Origin: Leptonemataceae bacterium
Lineage (GTDB): Bacteria; Spirochaetota; Leptospiria; Leptospirales; Leptonemataceae
DNA: 64,000 nucleotides
Direction of reading: 5' to 3'
NCBI GenBank assembly: GCA_965227295.1
Contig: OZ245742.1
Coordinates: forward strand, 5,760,001 to 5,824,000
Shown here: one piece after another, positions 47,601 to 58,632 of the stretch
Position numbering within the stretch: position 1 is the first letter of the stretch
How the letters are laid out: every line of letters begins with the position of its first letter
Program-made: the position numbers and the translations under genes
Notes under the pieces: generated by a model
Told to the model about the DNA's origin: nothing
The model's database searches: none
Seen by the model: the letters and a program-made list of their open reading frames with translations, nothing else

Positions 47601-49319
47601 TTTTTGAACGGCGCGCAGGATGCGAGTCTGGCCGCCGGATCATTCGACCTGGCTTCGACGAACCTGCCGCTAACATTCGGTGCGACGTTATTTGCGCCGG
47701 ACGGCTCGGCGCTGCGGTACTTCTTTCAGGGCACCATCGACGAACCGCGCGTTTACGCCGCGGCGTTGTCCGCTGCGGAAGCGGCCGTCCTGGCCTCGGA
47801 ACGCGGCTACGCCACCCCGGCGGTACCGGGCATTGATCTTGTGCGTAAGTTCGCCGCAGATGAACCTACGGCCGCGGCGGGAACGGAGATCACCGATCTG
47901 CCGGCTACCGAAGAAACGCTGCTGTTGATTCAGAGCGGCACGGGGAACGTGGGCATCGGCCTCGATAATCCGTCGGAGCGTTTGTCCGTGGGCGGCATCA
48001 TTGAAACGACGACGGGCGGCGTACGTTTTCCCGACGGCACGTTGCAAACGACGGCGGCCGGCGGCGGCAGTTTGTGGGTCGATGAGAATGATACAGTCAC
48101 CGCCGAGGCGAGCGTGCGTGCCCGGGGCGTGCTCGAGGGTCATGAGTTGCAAATCAACGACGTCGCGCTGCGGTTGGAATGGTCGCCGGATCATTCGGCG
48201 CAGCTCACCGCTTCGGACGGCCAGAGCGGTGACCGTTTCGGTCGAACCGTTGCGATCCGGGGAGACTATGCTCTGATCGGCGCGGCCTGGGTCGGTCCCA
48301 TCAATGAAGGCGGCGCGTATTTTTTCGAACGTGAAAGCGGCGTGTGGACCGAGAAGCTGAAGATCACCGGCGATGCCGACGACTACCTGGGCGACTCGGT
48401 GGTCATCTGCGGCAATACCGCGGTGATCGGCGTGCGTGAGGACGATGCGCTCGGGAACGACTCCGGTGCCGTGCGCGTCTACGAACGGCAGAGCGGCGTG
48501 TGGACGCAAACGCAGGAGCTCACGGCATCGGACGGCATTGCGGAAGTCGAGTTCGGTTACGCCCTGGCTTTGTTTGAAGACACGCTCTTTGTAGCGCACC
48601 GGGGCGACACCGGTCTCGATCCAGGCGGCGCGGTGTACGTCTTCGAACGCGTGGGCGGTGTCTGGTCCGAGACGCAGAAGTTCACGGCCGCGGACACTCA
48701 GACCTACGATTTCTTCGGGGCGGCCGGCATGGCGATCTATGAGAACACGGCTGTGATTGGCGCCTTCGGCCACGACAGCCCGGGCAATGATGCGGGCGCG
48801 GCTTATGTCTTTGAACGAGTCAGCGGGACGTGGGTGCAGCAACAGAAGCTACAGCCGGCCGGTATAGAAGCCGGGGACTACTTCGGCAGCAGCATCGCCA
48901 TGCACGGAAACGCCATTGTCGTCGGAGCTTTTTTCGACGATGATGCCGGAAGCAGCGCCGGAGCCGTCTATGTCTTCGAACGCGAAAACGGTGTCTGGGT
49001 AGAGAAACAAAAACTCACCGCGGATGACGGAGCCGCAGGCGACAACTTCGGCAACGCCGTAAGCATCAGCGGGACAACGATCGTAGTGGGGGCTCGCAGC
49101 AGCGGCGGCGGTGATTTTACCGGGGCAGCCTACATCTTTCAGCGGGAACGCGGGCAGTGGATTCAAAAACATAAGCTGCGTCCGGCGGGATTGATAAGCA
49201 ACGACTCTTTCGGTTATTCCGTCGATATCAGCAGTGATCGAATCATTGTCGGGGCCTCGGGCGGCAATGGCTCCACTTACATCTACGACGCCAATCTCCG
49301 ACTCGTCCAGGTTTGTTGA
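44691..49319 (+). CDS. DUF6519-domain tail-fibre-like protein with DUF2341, LamG and 7 FG-GAP repeats
   Basis: MKADISR.TF...HY..V..QQGRVQ.DAD.NE, GRLYVNGILCEN, ENRLYRVEVH, FKWSR.NA, GDYWLIPAR, DCR..F; fibre motifs TVQEALDE, GDTITGDL, GNVGIG..P...L.V.G, FPDGTLQTTA. Confidence 0.85.
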   Translation: MKADISRSTFRADKHYSTVRYQQGRVQVDADFNEQQDIALHHERTANADVIGADGAPFQTDGFEIQPNAANDNLTISAGRLYVNGILCENETSFTFTEQPDLPGAALPADDGDYLAYLEVRERDLGALEEPELRETALEGLDTTRRTQTLWQVQLLPVAAGPKTSLTAPVAWQDLISALPGRLLAGTDADTFSGDPCSLEDRGGYTSPENRLYRVEVHTPGAPGTATFKWSRHNATIATEWLAQDGNSLVVQSIGRDRELRFRAGDWIEISDERLELEDRPGTLARIVTVAGDSIVIDPLTLEHYDPSFTELDIDQFQEGSRRIRLWNDADPTNIIPADGAEVIVEAGIRVQFEPDGNPEGRTYRTGDYWLIPARARNRNIEWHDAPALQPPHGNQRHFVRLAFLNHTGGTWTHLADCRNIFPTLLNEDFTIQGGNAQAAFPNEEPAFPLRALVSRGSVPVPDRTVRFRLLSGDGGLAVSSGGVTAVSQLIPTNAEGVAAAYFRVGPDRTQAHHEILAELLDANDQVIQLRRFHVDSAIAEAISYETTVAAADGATINPATVQEALDESFRAKVNRSGDTITGDLRIEGSLTVEGDMLARDTEHIKGDVELGDEATDTVKVFGRMIGPDGSPLNIADDANVSGELYVEERVGVGVPPAAGSLLNVNDFLNVHENGLTALGDVEPAARLHIRGVDDADPLRVDAAVAGPGGRVHYIPFTVSYAGATPLINYQLPLTFDSASLIGAGRLRADLGDLRFVIHDPAAPDTYLVHWVESGINTAQTLVWVKLTALAPAASIEVRMYYGNPNAVSIFPRSAVFELEIPGLVSAWSLDENTGTSLSDASGNGNIGTLEGNTTWVSGKIGTAVNFDGVDAAAQVPHAASLDITKDITLALWFQATAPGTGLAGLIGKHHTAGARSFALFLNYDTGLLEFSLSAADDTTQTLSGTTTISYGQWYHVAAVYRRATGTMQIFLNGAQDASLAAGSFDLASTNLPLTFGATLFAPDGSALRYFFQGTIDEPRVYAAALSAAEAAVLASERGYATPAVPGIDLVRKFAADEPTAAAGTEITDLPATEETLLLIQSGTGNVGIGLDNPSERLSVGGIIETTTGGVRFPDGTLQTTAAGGGSLWVDENDTVTAEASVRARGVLEGHELQINDVALRLEWSPDHSAQLTASDGQSGDRFGRTVAIRGDYALIGAAWVGPINEGGAYFFERESGVWTEKLKITGDADDYLGDSVVICGNTAVIGVREDDALGNDSGAVRVYERQSGVWTQTQELTASDGIAEVEFGYALALFEDTLFVAHRGDTGLDPGGAVYVFERVGGVWSETQKFTAADTQTYDFFGAAGMAIYENTAVIGAFGHDSPGNDAGAAYVFERVSGTWVQQQKLQPAGIEAGDYFGSSIAMHGNAIVVGAFFDDDAGSSAGAVYVFERENGVWVEKQKLTADDGAAGDNFGNAVSISGTTIVVGARSSGGGDFTGAAYIFQRERGQWIQKHKLRPAGLISNDSFGYSVDISSDRIIVGASGGNGSTYIYDANLRLVQVC

Positions 49320-49379
49320 AGGCCGTAAAATCATGTTGACCACCCCGCCGTGCGGCGCACGCTGCGGGGTCTCAACACT

Positions 49380-50648
49380 ATGGCCATCGACAAAAACAAA
49401 ACTCGCGAACTCTTAGACGGCGTCGACGAACTCTTTGACAGTATGATCGGCGGACTTTCGAAAGACGTCGCCGGCTTTCTGAAACGCACGGTGATGGGGC
49501 CGGCGCTCGACGAGATCCGCAAGTTAATAGAAGAAAGCCGGCCGCCGGTGCTGTTCCTGGCCGGGCGTTCCGGTCACGGCAAGTCGTCGTTGATCAACGC
49601 CCTGGCCGGTCGGGAGATCGCGGACGTCGGCGACATCAAACCGACGACGCCGGAGTCCACGCCGTATCTCATTCACTTTGAAGAACAGTACTCGGCCTGG
49701 CAGGTCGTCGACTCGCGCGGCATCTTCGAAACGACGCGGCCGGACGGCGCGCCGGCCGACGACGCCGTGTCCGTGTTGAAGGCGGACCTGCGCAAACATC
49801 GGCCGGACGTGTTGATGCACGTCATCAGCGCGCCGGAGTTGCGGAACCTGGCGCCGGACCTCGAAGTCTTGCAAAAGATTCGCGACGAGCTGCGGCACGA
49901 GGACGGCCTGGACCTGCCGGTGATCGTCGTCCTGAACAAAGTCGACACGCTGGGCAATCCGCGCGAATGGCCGCCGGAGTCGAACGCGAAAAAGGCCGCG
50001 CTGATTCAAGAGGCCGTGCAGTACATGAGCGGCGACGTGTTGCGTTTACCGGACGCGCAGAACATCGATCGTAACTTTGCCATTCGCGGTGTGTCCTCCG
50101 GCGACGCGAATCGGCCCGCGGTCATTCCGGTGTGTTCGTTGCCGGGCGACGGCTGGAACATCGAAAGCCTCGCCGACTTCATCGGCACGCGATTGCCGGA
50201 CGTCGCGCTCCTGGATTTTTACCAGGCGTTGCGGCGCAAGGAACAACTGCGGCGCATCTCTTCGTCGCTGATCAAACGGTTCTCGGTCATCGCCTCGGGC
50301 ATCGGCGCGTCACCGGCTCCGCTGTCGGACTTTATTGTTCTCACGCCCTTGCAAATTTTGATGGTCGCCATGATTGGCGGGCTTTCGTGTCGCCCCGTCT
50401 CCCGCGAGACGGCCTACGAGTATCTCTCGGCGATCGGTGTGAACCTGGCCGCGGCCGGCGGCGTGCGCTACGTCACGCGGCAGTTGTTGAAGTTCATTCC
50501 GTTTGGCGGCTGGGCGGCGGCCGGTTCGATTGCCGGGGCAAGCACCTACGGTCTCGGCAAGGCGGCGGAGACGTACTTCTTTGCCGGCGAGTTGAAGAAG
50601 CCGGAGGAGTTTCAAGCGGGGTGGAAGGTGGTGAAGGATGGGGCTTAG
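49380..50648 (+). CDS. Era/MnmE-type P-loop GTPase with C-terminal DUF697-like hydrophobic domain
   Basis: G1 GRSGHGKS, G2 PTT, G3 DSRG, G4 NKVD; C-terminal SPAPLSDF..L...Q..M...IG and KFIP..G. Confidence 0.85.
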   Translation: MAIDKNKTRELLDGVDELFDSMIGGLSKDVAGFLKRTVMGPALDEIRKLIEESRPPVLFLAGRSGHGKSSLINALAGREIADVGDIKPTTPESTPYLIHFEEQYSAWQVVDSRGIFETTRPDGAPADDAVSVLKADLRKHRPDVLMHVISAPELRNLAPDLEVLQKIRDELRHEDGLDLPVIVVLNKVDTLGNPREWPPESNAKKAALIQEAVQYMSGDVLRLPDAQNIDRNFAIRGVSSGDANRPAVIPVCSLPGDGWNIESLADFIGTRLPDVALLDFYQALRRKEQLRRISSSLIKRFSVIASGIGASPAPLSDFIVLTPLQILMVAMIGGLSCRPVSRETAYEYLSAIGVNLAAAGGVRYVTRQLLKFIPFGGWAAAGSIAGASTYGLGKAAETYFFAGELKKPEEFQAGWKVVKDGA

Positions 50649-50750
50649 GTTACTCGGATTAGATTTTAGTTGCGGACATTTTGCGACGTGGATCGTGGAC
50701 GAATCTTCAAGCATCAGAAAGACAAACGAGTGATCAAGTAAGATTGTTTT

Positions 50751-50880
50751 GGGCGTGCCCCTCCGCGCTACGCGCTCCGGGTCGCGCTTTCCAGGGCTCC
50801 GCGCTTCGCGCTTCGGTCCTCCGCCTTCGGCTCCGGACTCGCGGCTTCGCCGCGACCCTTCCAATCGCTCACGCGAAGAA
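50751..50880 (+). repeat. Long hairpin-rich dispersed repeat, copy 1
   Basis: GGGCGTGCCC...GGGTCGCGCTTTCCAGGGCTCC...ACCCTTCCAATCGCTCACGCGAAGAA; aligns with 54693-54813 and the reverse complements of 54501-54618 and 60044-60165. Confidence 0.9.
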
Positions 50881-51071
50881 CTCGTCGTTCGATCATGTGG
50901 CTCAGGTGATCATTCCGGACCTTTTTACCCTCACGCCTCCCCCTCGGCGTCCTGTGGCGAATCACAGGCGGATATTCATTTGTCCCGCCGGTTTCTGGAA
51001 TTTCGCCGGGTGGTCCGTTTTCCGCGCGGCCGTGGTCGATTTTCGGGGTGGCCCGCCCCGATATTTGGATC

Positions 51072-51269
51072 GTGAGCGAAAGCAACGATTCCCCGAAATC
51101 ACGCACGCGGTCCCGCTTTAAGGACGCCGGCAGCCCCCATGTCAACAACGACCCGAAAGTGGTGAACCTGGCGTACTATCGGATTAAGAAGTCCCTGCAA
51201 CAGGAAGGCTTCGATCTGGTGACCGATGCGGATGGGAAGTTGACGTTGGTGTTAAGAGTGACGAAGTAG
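51072..51269 (+). CDS. Small hypothetical protein (65 aa)
   Basis: GTG start; KVVNLAYYRIKKSLQQEGFDL..DGKLTLVLR; coding-like codon usage. Confidence 0.6.
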   Translation: MSESNDSPKSRTRSRFKDAGSPHVNNDPKVVNLAYYRIKKSLQQEGFDLVTDADGKLTLVLRVTK

Positions 51270-51272
51270 AAG

Positions 51273-51680
51273 TTAGAGTCTTGCGCGCACTTGCCGCACG
51301 AAATCTTCAAGGTCGCTGAGGCGATTCTCGGCTACGTCCCTGAGTATACTGATGTCCACGTCCGTGTAGCCGTGCACAAGGACGTTTCGAAATCCAATCA
51401 CCTTGCGCAAGTTCTGCGATGTCTCCTGCTTGATCCAATCGTTTCGCGCCAGCTTGTCAAACAGCTCCGCGTTCGTGCGCGGCTCCCCTAATTTCTCATC
51501 CGAAACGATATGCGATCCTATGTCCTGAACTGCCTGGATCGCGATCTGGAGCGTGTGCTCGACGAAACGCCGCTCCTTCAGATCCGTCGAAATCTTCTCG
51601 GGTCGCGCCAGTTCTCGCAAATCGCGGAGGCATGCCTCAATGAAAGCCAGTTTCTTTCGGATCAGATCTTCGTCTGTCAT
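51273..51680 (-). CDS. hepT: HEPN (DUF86) RNase toxin, HepT-type
   Basis: RNVLVHGY matches RX4HXY; ATGA overlap with the MNT gene. Confidence 0.9.
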   Translation of the reverse strand: MTDEDLIRKKLAFIEACLRDLRELARPEKISTDLKERRFVEHTLQIAIQAVQDIGSHIVSDEKLGEPRTNAELFDKLARNDWIKQETSQNLRKVIGFRNVLVHGYTDVDISILRDVAENRLSDLEDFVRQVRARL

Positions 51681-52072
51681 CGAGCGGCCTGCCGATATTC
51701 ATCCAGGATCGGCTTGAGATCCCAGTATTTGTTCCGGGCCTGCACCTCGAATGCAATTCGCCGCGATGGGTCCTGTTCCGTAATGAGAATCCCATCACGT
51801 AAGATACGATGCACGAGGTCCGCCGGAGCGTCGTTCATTACGATCAATTGAGCCGGACGTTCCAGAATTTCGGAAAGATCGGCCTCTAAATCGAACGGAC
51901 GAGCATCAAGAGTTTGAGGCGGCGTTTGTCTATAAAGCAAGCCGACATCTACGTCACTTTTCGCCGTTTGCGTACCGCGAGCGACACTGCCGAACAGGTA
52001 CACTGCCGCCAATCCCGGAACGTCCCGAAAAAATTCTCGCAGGCGATCCTGTATCTCGTCAGCCGGCATCAC
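51677..52072 (-). CDS. mntA: Minimal nucleotidyltransferase antitoxin, MntA-type
   Basis: YLFGSVARGTQTAKSDVD matches GSX10DXD. Confidence 0.9.
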   Translation of the reverse strand: MMPADEIQDRLREFFRDVPGLAAVYLFGSVARGTQTAKSDVDVGLLYRQTPPQTLDARPFDLEADLSEILERPAQLIVMNDAPADLVHRILRDGILITEQDPSRRIAFEVQARNKYWDLKPILDEYRQAAR

Positions 52073-52082
52073 TCAGGCCATC

Positions 52083-54440
<2,358 letters not shown>

Positions 54441-54500
54441 GGGAACAGCGTCGACAGCACGCCCCGGTGATGCAAGCGAGAATGTGAAGTCCAATCCGGG

Positions 54501-54618
54501 TTCTTCGCGCCAGGGATGTGGAAGGTCGCGCGTTAGCGCGAGTCCGGAGCCGAAGGCGGAGGACCGAAGCTAAGCGGAGCCTGTAGCAGCCCGGTCGCCG
54601 CGTAGCGGCGAGGCGCCC
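54501..54618 (-). repeat. Long hairpin-rich dispersed repeat, copy 2 (diverged, inverted)
   Basis: TTCTTCGCGCCAGGGATGTGGAAGG...AGTCCGGAGCCGAAGGCGGAGGACCGAAGC...GGCGCCC. Confidence 0.85.
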
Positions 54619-54692
54619 AAAAAAGTTCCAATTTCAACAGGATTTCCAGGTAAAAATCGATATGCTAACTTATAATGAAGCAATATTTGCAA

Positions 54693-54813
54693 GGGCGTTC
54701 CCCTCCGTGCTTCGCACTCCGGGTCGCGCTTTCCAGGGCTCCGCCTTCGGCTTCGGTCCCCGCTTCGCGGTGACTCGCGCTTCGCGCGACCCTTCCAATC
54801 GCTAACGCAAGAA
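54693..54813 (+). repeat. Long hairpin-rich dispersed repeat, copy 3
   Basis: GGGCGTTCCC...GGGTCGCGCTTTCCAGGGCTCC...ACCCTTCCAATCGCTAACGCAAGAA. Confidence 0.9.
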
Positions 54814-54820
54814 TTGATAG

Positions 54821-54904
54821 TTCGCGGCCGTATTCCCATCCCCGGGCGGCCTTTTTAGTCGGCCCCTGGGCCTCCGGCCCACCCCTCCAATCGCTAACGC
54901 AAGA
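54821..54904 (+). repeat. Short form of the repeat
   Basis: Starts TTCGCG; hairpin GGGCC-TCC-GGCCC; ends CCCTCCAATCGCTAACGCAAGA. Confidence 0.7.
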
Positions 54905-54916
54905 GCCGTGAGCCGA

Positions 54917-55288
54917 CTACGTCACAATAAAATACCAGGCATACAACACCACGCACACCAGATCAAACAAACCCACCGGCAAAAGCGGGCGGCCGAAGGG
55001 ATCGCCGGCGCGACTGAAGACCAGCAACGCGAACACGGCCTTCGATGCGATGGCCGCCGTCATCACCGCCTCGCGCACGGCCGGCGCGGTGCCGGCATAC
55101 ACCAACAGCACCCCCGTGATGCCGACCAGCCAGGCCCAGTGGCGGATCATCAACAGCGCGTTGCGGTCTTCGATGTCCGTACCGGTGAGCGTGCGCAGCA
55201 GGAACCGCGGCGCGATGCTGAGAATGGCGGCCCCGGCAGTGAGCGTGCCGGTGACGTAGAGGATCATTTCAATGTTGTCTGCGATCAT
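54917..55288 (-). CDS. Small membrane protein
   Basis: 123 aa with four hydrophobic segments; directly downstream of hrpB. Confidence 0.75.
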   Translation of the reverse strand: MIADNIEMILYVTGTLTAGAAILSIAPRFLLRTLTGTDIEDRNALLMIRHWAWLVGITGVLLVYAGTAPAVREAVMTAAIASKAVFALLVFSRAGDPFGRPLLPVGLFDLVCVVLYAWYFIVT

Positions 55289-55306
55289 GTGTGTTTTTCC
55301 GTTAAG

Positions 55307-57910
55307 TTACTTTTTTTGATTCTTAGCGTTCGCCCCGGCGCGTTTCTTCGTAAAACGCGTCGCCGTGGCGCTGAGGGGGTCGTCCGGCCAGGGATGTTTC
55401 GGATAACGACCCATCAGCTCTTTTTTCACTTCGGCATACGTGTTCTTCCAGAAGTTGCCGAGGTCTCGCGTCACCTGGATCGGCCGGCGCGCCGGGGACA
55501 GCAGGTGCACCGTAAGCGGCACACGCCCGAAGGCAACGCGCGGTGTCTCCGTAATGCCGAACAGCTCCTGCAACTTTGCGGCCAGCACACACTCGTCGTT
55601 TGCATACTCAAGTGCAACGCGGGTACCCGCCGGAGTTTCGAAGCGTTCCGGCGCGCCGTCGTCGATCGCACGCAGTTGTTCATATGTAAAGCGCGATTGT
55701 AAGATCATCGCAAAATCCAGCTTCGCAAAATCGGCGCGCTTCGTCACGCCGCTCAGGTGCGGCAGCAGCCATTCGTCGGGACGCGCGGCGAGATACACAT
55801 CGGAGACATCCGGCAGGTCGAGATCGTCGGCGTGCTTGCGCAAGAATTCGGCGCGGGCCTGGAACCGCCGGGCGTCGCCGGAGGCGTCCCATTCGTTCCA
55901 GGGCGGCACGACATCGCCGCCGCTCGTTTGCATCATTCCGCGCACGCCTTCGAGCAGCGCCGCTTCGATCTCCGCGGGCTGGAGCGCCGCGTCTCCGGCA
56001 TCGCGTCGCGCCAGACGAATCGCGCCGAGCCGACGTTCATGCGCGCGTACCAGGCGATCATCCTCCCAGGCAACGACGTCGCCTTCGCTGATGCGCGCGG
56101 CGAAGCGCGTTTCGATTTCCCCGGCACTCACTTCGGCGTGCAGGATGATGCGCGCGTCCGCGCCGCTTCCGTCCAGGTGCGCGGCCACGATCCACTCCGG
56201 CGTTTCGCGCTGCGACTCCGGAACGTTCAGCCGCGCGCCGCGTCCGTTCGCGAGCAGGTAACGATCGCGACTGCCGGACCGCCGCCGCGCAATGCGATCC
56301 GGATACGCGAGCGCCAGCAGAGCACCCGCGTTCGCATCGCCGGCATTTTCCGGCGACGATTCGGAGGAACTCCGGCACATCTTACGCAACTGCTGCGCGA
56401 CTCGACGCACGTTCGCGAGAGCCCCCGCGTCCGTATTCGCACGCGCAGTGCCGTGCAACGCGTCCAGGCGCAGAGTAAGATCGGACGGCGGCAGTTCCGG
56501 CCCGCTGCGTCGCAACAGGTCGCGCTCCGAAAGCAGCGCGGCGATGTCGCAGGCAAGATCCGACGGCGCGGCAACCAACATGGCGGCCAGGCGCGGATGC
56601 AGCGGCATCCGTTCCATCTTACGACCGCTCTCCGTAACGACGTACGCCCCATCCAACGCGCCGAGTTCGACTAACAGATCGCGAGCGTGAGTTAGTGCGG
56701 ACCGCGGCGGCGCGTCGAGAAAAGGCAGCGCGTCCGGTTCGCTGACACCCCAGGCGGCCAGCTCCAGGACCAGGCCGGCCAGGTCACTCTCCAGGATTTC
56801 CGGCGCGTCGTGGGCCGCGAGGCGATCGTGATCATGCTGCGACCAGAGACGATAGGCGCGACCGGGGCCCAGGCGCGCACACCGGCCGGCCCGCTGTTCG
56901 GCCGACGCGCGGGATATCGGCACGGTCACGAGTTGACTGAGGCCGCTGCCGGGATCGTAGCGCGGCGTACGGCGGAGCCCGCTGTCGATGACGATGCGAA
57001 TGCCTTCTATAGTAAGCGACGTCTCCGCGATGGGCGTGGCGAGTACGATCTTACGTCGTCCGCGCGGGTCCGGGCGAATCGCCGCATCCTGCTCGCGCAG
57101 GTCCAGATTACCGTAGAGCGGGGCGACGGCCATATCGTGCGCATTGGTAAGAGTTCCTACAAGTTCGTCGTGAAGGCGGCGGATTTCCGGGGCCCCGGGT
57201 AGAAAAACGAGCACGTCGCCGTCGTGTTCGGCCAGCGCGCGTTCGATGACCGGCCGCACCGCTGCCGCGACCGTCCCGGGGCGACGATCGTTGGCATGGA
57301 GCAATGTCGGAGTTCCTACAAAGTCTACCGTAAGGGGATGCAGCTTCCCGGCACTGCTGATGACCGGCGCGGATGATGAGCCGCCGCCGATCAGCCCGGC
57401 CGCGCGTTCGGCGACGCCTTCCAGCGTGGCGGACATGATCAGCAACCGCAAATCCTCGCGGAGCGCACCGCGACTCTCCAGACACAACGCCAGCGCCAGG
57501 TCGGCGTGAATGCTGCGTTCGTGAAACTCGTCGAAGATCACCAGACCCACGCCGCGCAGTTCCGGATCGTTCTGGATGCGCCGTGTGAGGATGCCCTCGG
57601 TCACGACTTCGATGCGTGTGCGTGCGCTTACGTTGCTCTCAAAACGCACGCGATGGCCGATCGTTTCGCCGGGGCGTTCATTGAGCGACTGCGCCATACG
57701 CGCGGCCACCCCGCGCGCGGCGAGGCGTCGCGGCTCGAGCATGAGGATGGTTTGATCGCCGAGCCAGGGTTCATCGAGCAGGGCGATGGGAACGATCGTA
57801 GACTTACCGGCCCCCGGCGGCGCTTCGAGTACGGCGGCGCCGCGGTTCGCGAGCGCGTGGCGGAGTTCGGGGAGGACCTCGGTGACGGGCAGTTCGGGTA
57901 ACGCGCGCAC
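55307..57910 (-). CDS. hrpB: ATP-dependent RNA helicase HrpB
   Basis: APPGAGKST, LEPRRLAAR, DEFHERS, MSAT, AETSLTI, QRAGR; C-terminal LLSPARRPIQVTRDL..FW...Y..V.KE..GRYPKHPWP. Confidence 0.95.
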   Translation of the reverse strand: MRALPELPVTEVLPELRHALANRGAAVLEAPPGAGKSTIVPIALLDEPWLGDQTILMLEPRRLAARGVAARMAQSLNERPGETIGHRVRFESNVSARTRIEVVTEGILTRRIQNDPELRGVGLVIFDEFHERSIHADLALALCLESRGALREDLRLLIMSATLEGVAERAAGLIGGGSSSAPVISSAGKLHPLTVDFVGTPTLLHANDRRPGTVAAAVRPVIERALAEHDGDVLVFLPGAPEIRRLHDELVGTLTNAHDMAVAPLYGNLDLREQDAAIRPDPRGRRKIVLATPIAETSLTIEGIRIVIDSGLRRTPRYDPGSGLSQLVTVPISRASAEQRAGRCARLGPGRAYRLWSQHDHDRLAAHDAPEILESDLAGLVLELAAWGVSEPDALPFLDAPPRSALTHARDLLVELGALDGAYVVTESGRKMERMPLHPRLAAMLVAAPSDLACDIAALLSERDLLRRSGPELPPSDLTLRLDALHGTARANTDAGALANVRRVAQQLRKMCRSSSESSPENAGDANAGALLALAYPDRIARRRSGSRDRYLLANGRGARLNVPESQRETPEWIVAAHLDGSGADARIILHAEVSAGEIETRFAARISEGDVVAWEDDRLVRAHERRLGAIRLARRDAGDAALQPAEIEAALLEGVRGMMQTSGGDVVPPWNEWDASGDARRFQARAEFLRKHADDLDLPDVSDVYLAARPDEWLLPHLSGVTKRADFAKLDFAMILQSRFTYEQLRAIDDGAPERFETPAGTRVALEYANDECVLAAKLQELFGITETPRVAFGRVPLTVHLLSPARRPIQVTRDLGNFWKNTYAEVKKELMGRYPKHPWPDDPLSATATRFTKKRAGANAKNQKK

Positions 57911-58046
57911 GGTGACACTGTAGCGATGGGGCGTAGTTGGTAAACTGTTTTGACCACCGAGGCACCGAGGACGCTGAGAAGATTTTTTTACAGGAGGATG
58001 AGAGGTAGAGAATTGTTGGATGGAGTGGTGTTGCGGATTTCGGGTT

Positions 58047-58134
58047 TTCGCGTGAGGGATTTTGTGGCCCGGCCGCGTCGGGAGCGGCCGGGGCCGCGTG
58101 AGTTGGTTCCCCTCCAGGCACCTAACGCGAAGAA
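58047..58134. repeat. Short form of the repeat with inverted termini
   Basis: TTCGCGTGAGG...CCTAACGCGAAGAA around a GGCCCGGCCGC/GCGGCCGGGGCC stem. Confidence 0.7.
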
Positions 58135-58161
58135 GCGGGGTTAGGTTTATGTGAGAGGGAC

Positions 58162-58632
58162 TTAGGGATCGCTGACGGGGTTTGTTAGACGAATGTGCAC
58201 GTCGTGAGCGATTTCTGGAATCCACTGGGGCGGACAGTGCTTGAGCGCGTGTTTGTAAAGATCCAGGAAGTGTGTGCGCACGGTGTCTGTGTTCTCGCCG
58301 AGATCCATGGATTGAACGGCGTATGCATGACGGGATAACATGCGATCACAGATTTCCTCGTTACCGGCCAGGAGCTCCCGTCGAACTGCGAGATACGCGG
58401 CGCCGTCGTGCTCTTCCGAAAAATCCAGCCCGCCCGGCTTTCGCGCATGGGCGGCCCACATCCGGTCTTGATACATTTCCCGCATGGTCTCGGAAACCCC
58501 GGCGGGGAACTCATGATGGATCAGTTCCTCCCAGTCCGGCTCAACACCGATCTCCGGTTTTTCCGAAACCAGAACGGAGGCGCCCACCGGCTCCGTTCGC
58601 TCACACCGATGCATCGCCCCGCCATGGAACCG
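58162..58632 (-). pseudogene. Probable frameshifted C-terminal part of the pentapeptide-repeat protein (or a separate ORF)
   Basis: A -1 shift at 58632 joins LSHAVLNGA to RFHGGAMHRC, which continues the pentapeptide register. Confidence 0.5.

Noticed and set aside
44425..50650. Prophage
   Set aside because: No integrase, terminase, capsid, portal or lysis genes; only a single fibre-like gene
50751..50880. Repeat interpreted as tRNA or rho-independent terminator
   Set aside because: No tRNA D/T-loop motifs or CCA end; multi-hairpin layout and positions upstream of or between divergent genes do not fit simple terminators
50681..51148. ORFs across the repeat copies, and the long N-terminal extensions of hrpB (57911-58225) and the MDR gene (59605-60219)
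   Set aside because: They translate the non-coding repeat or antisense DNA; family homology begins at the downstream starts
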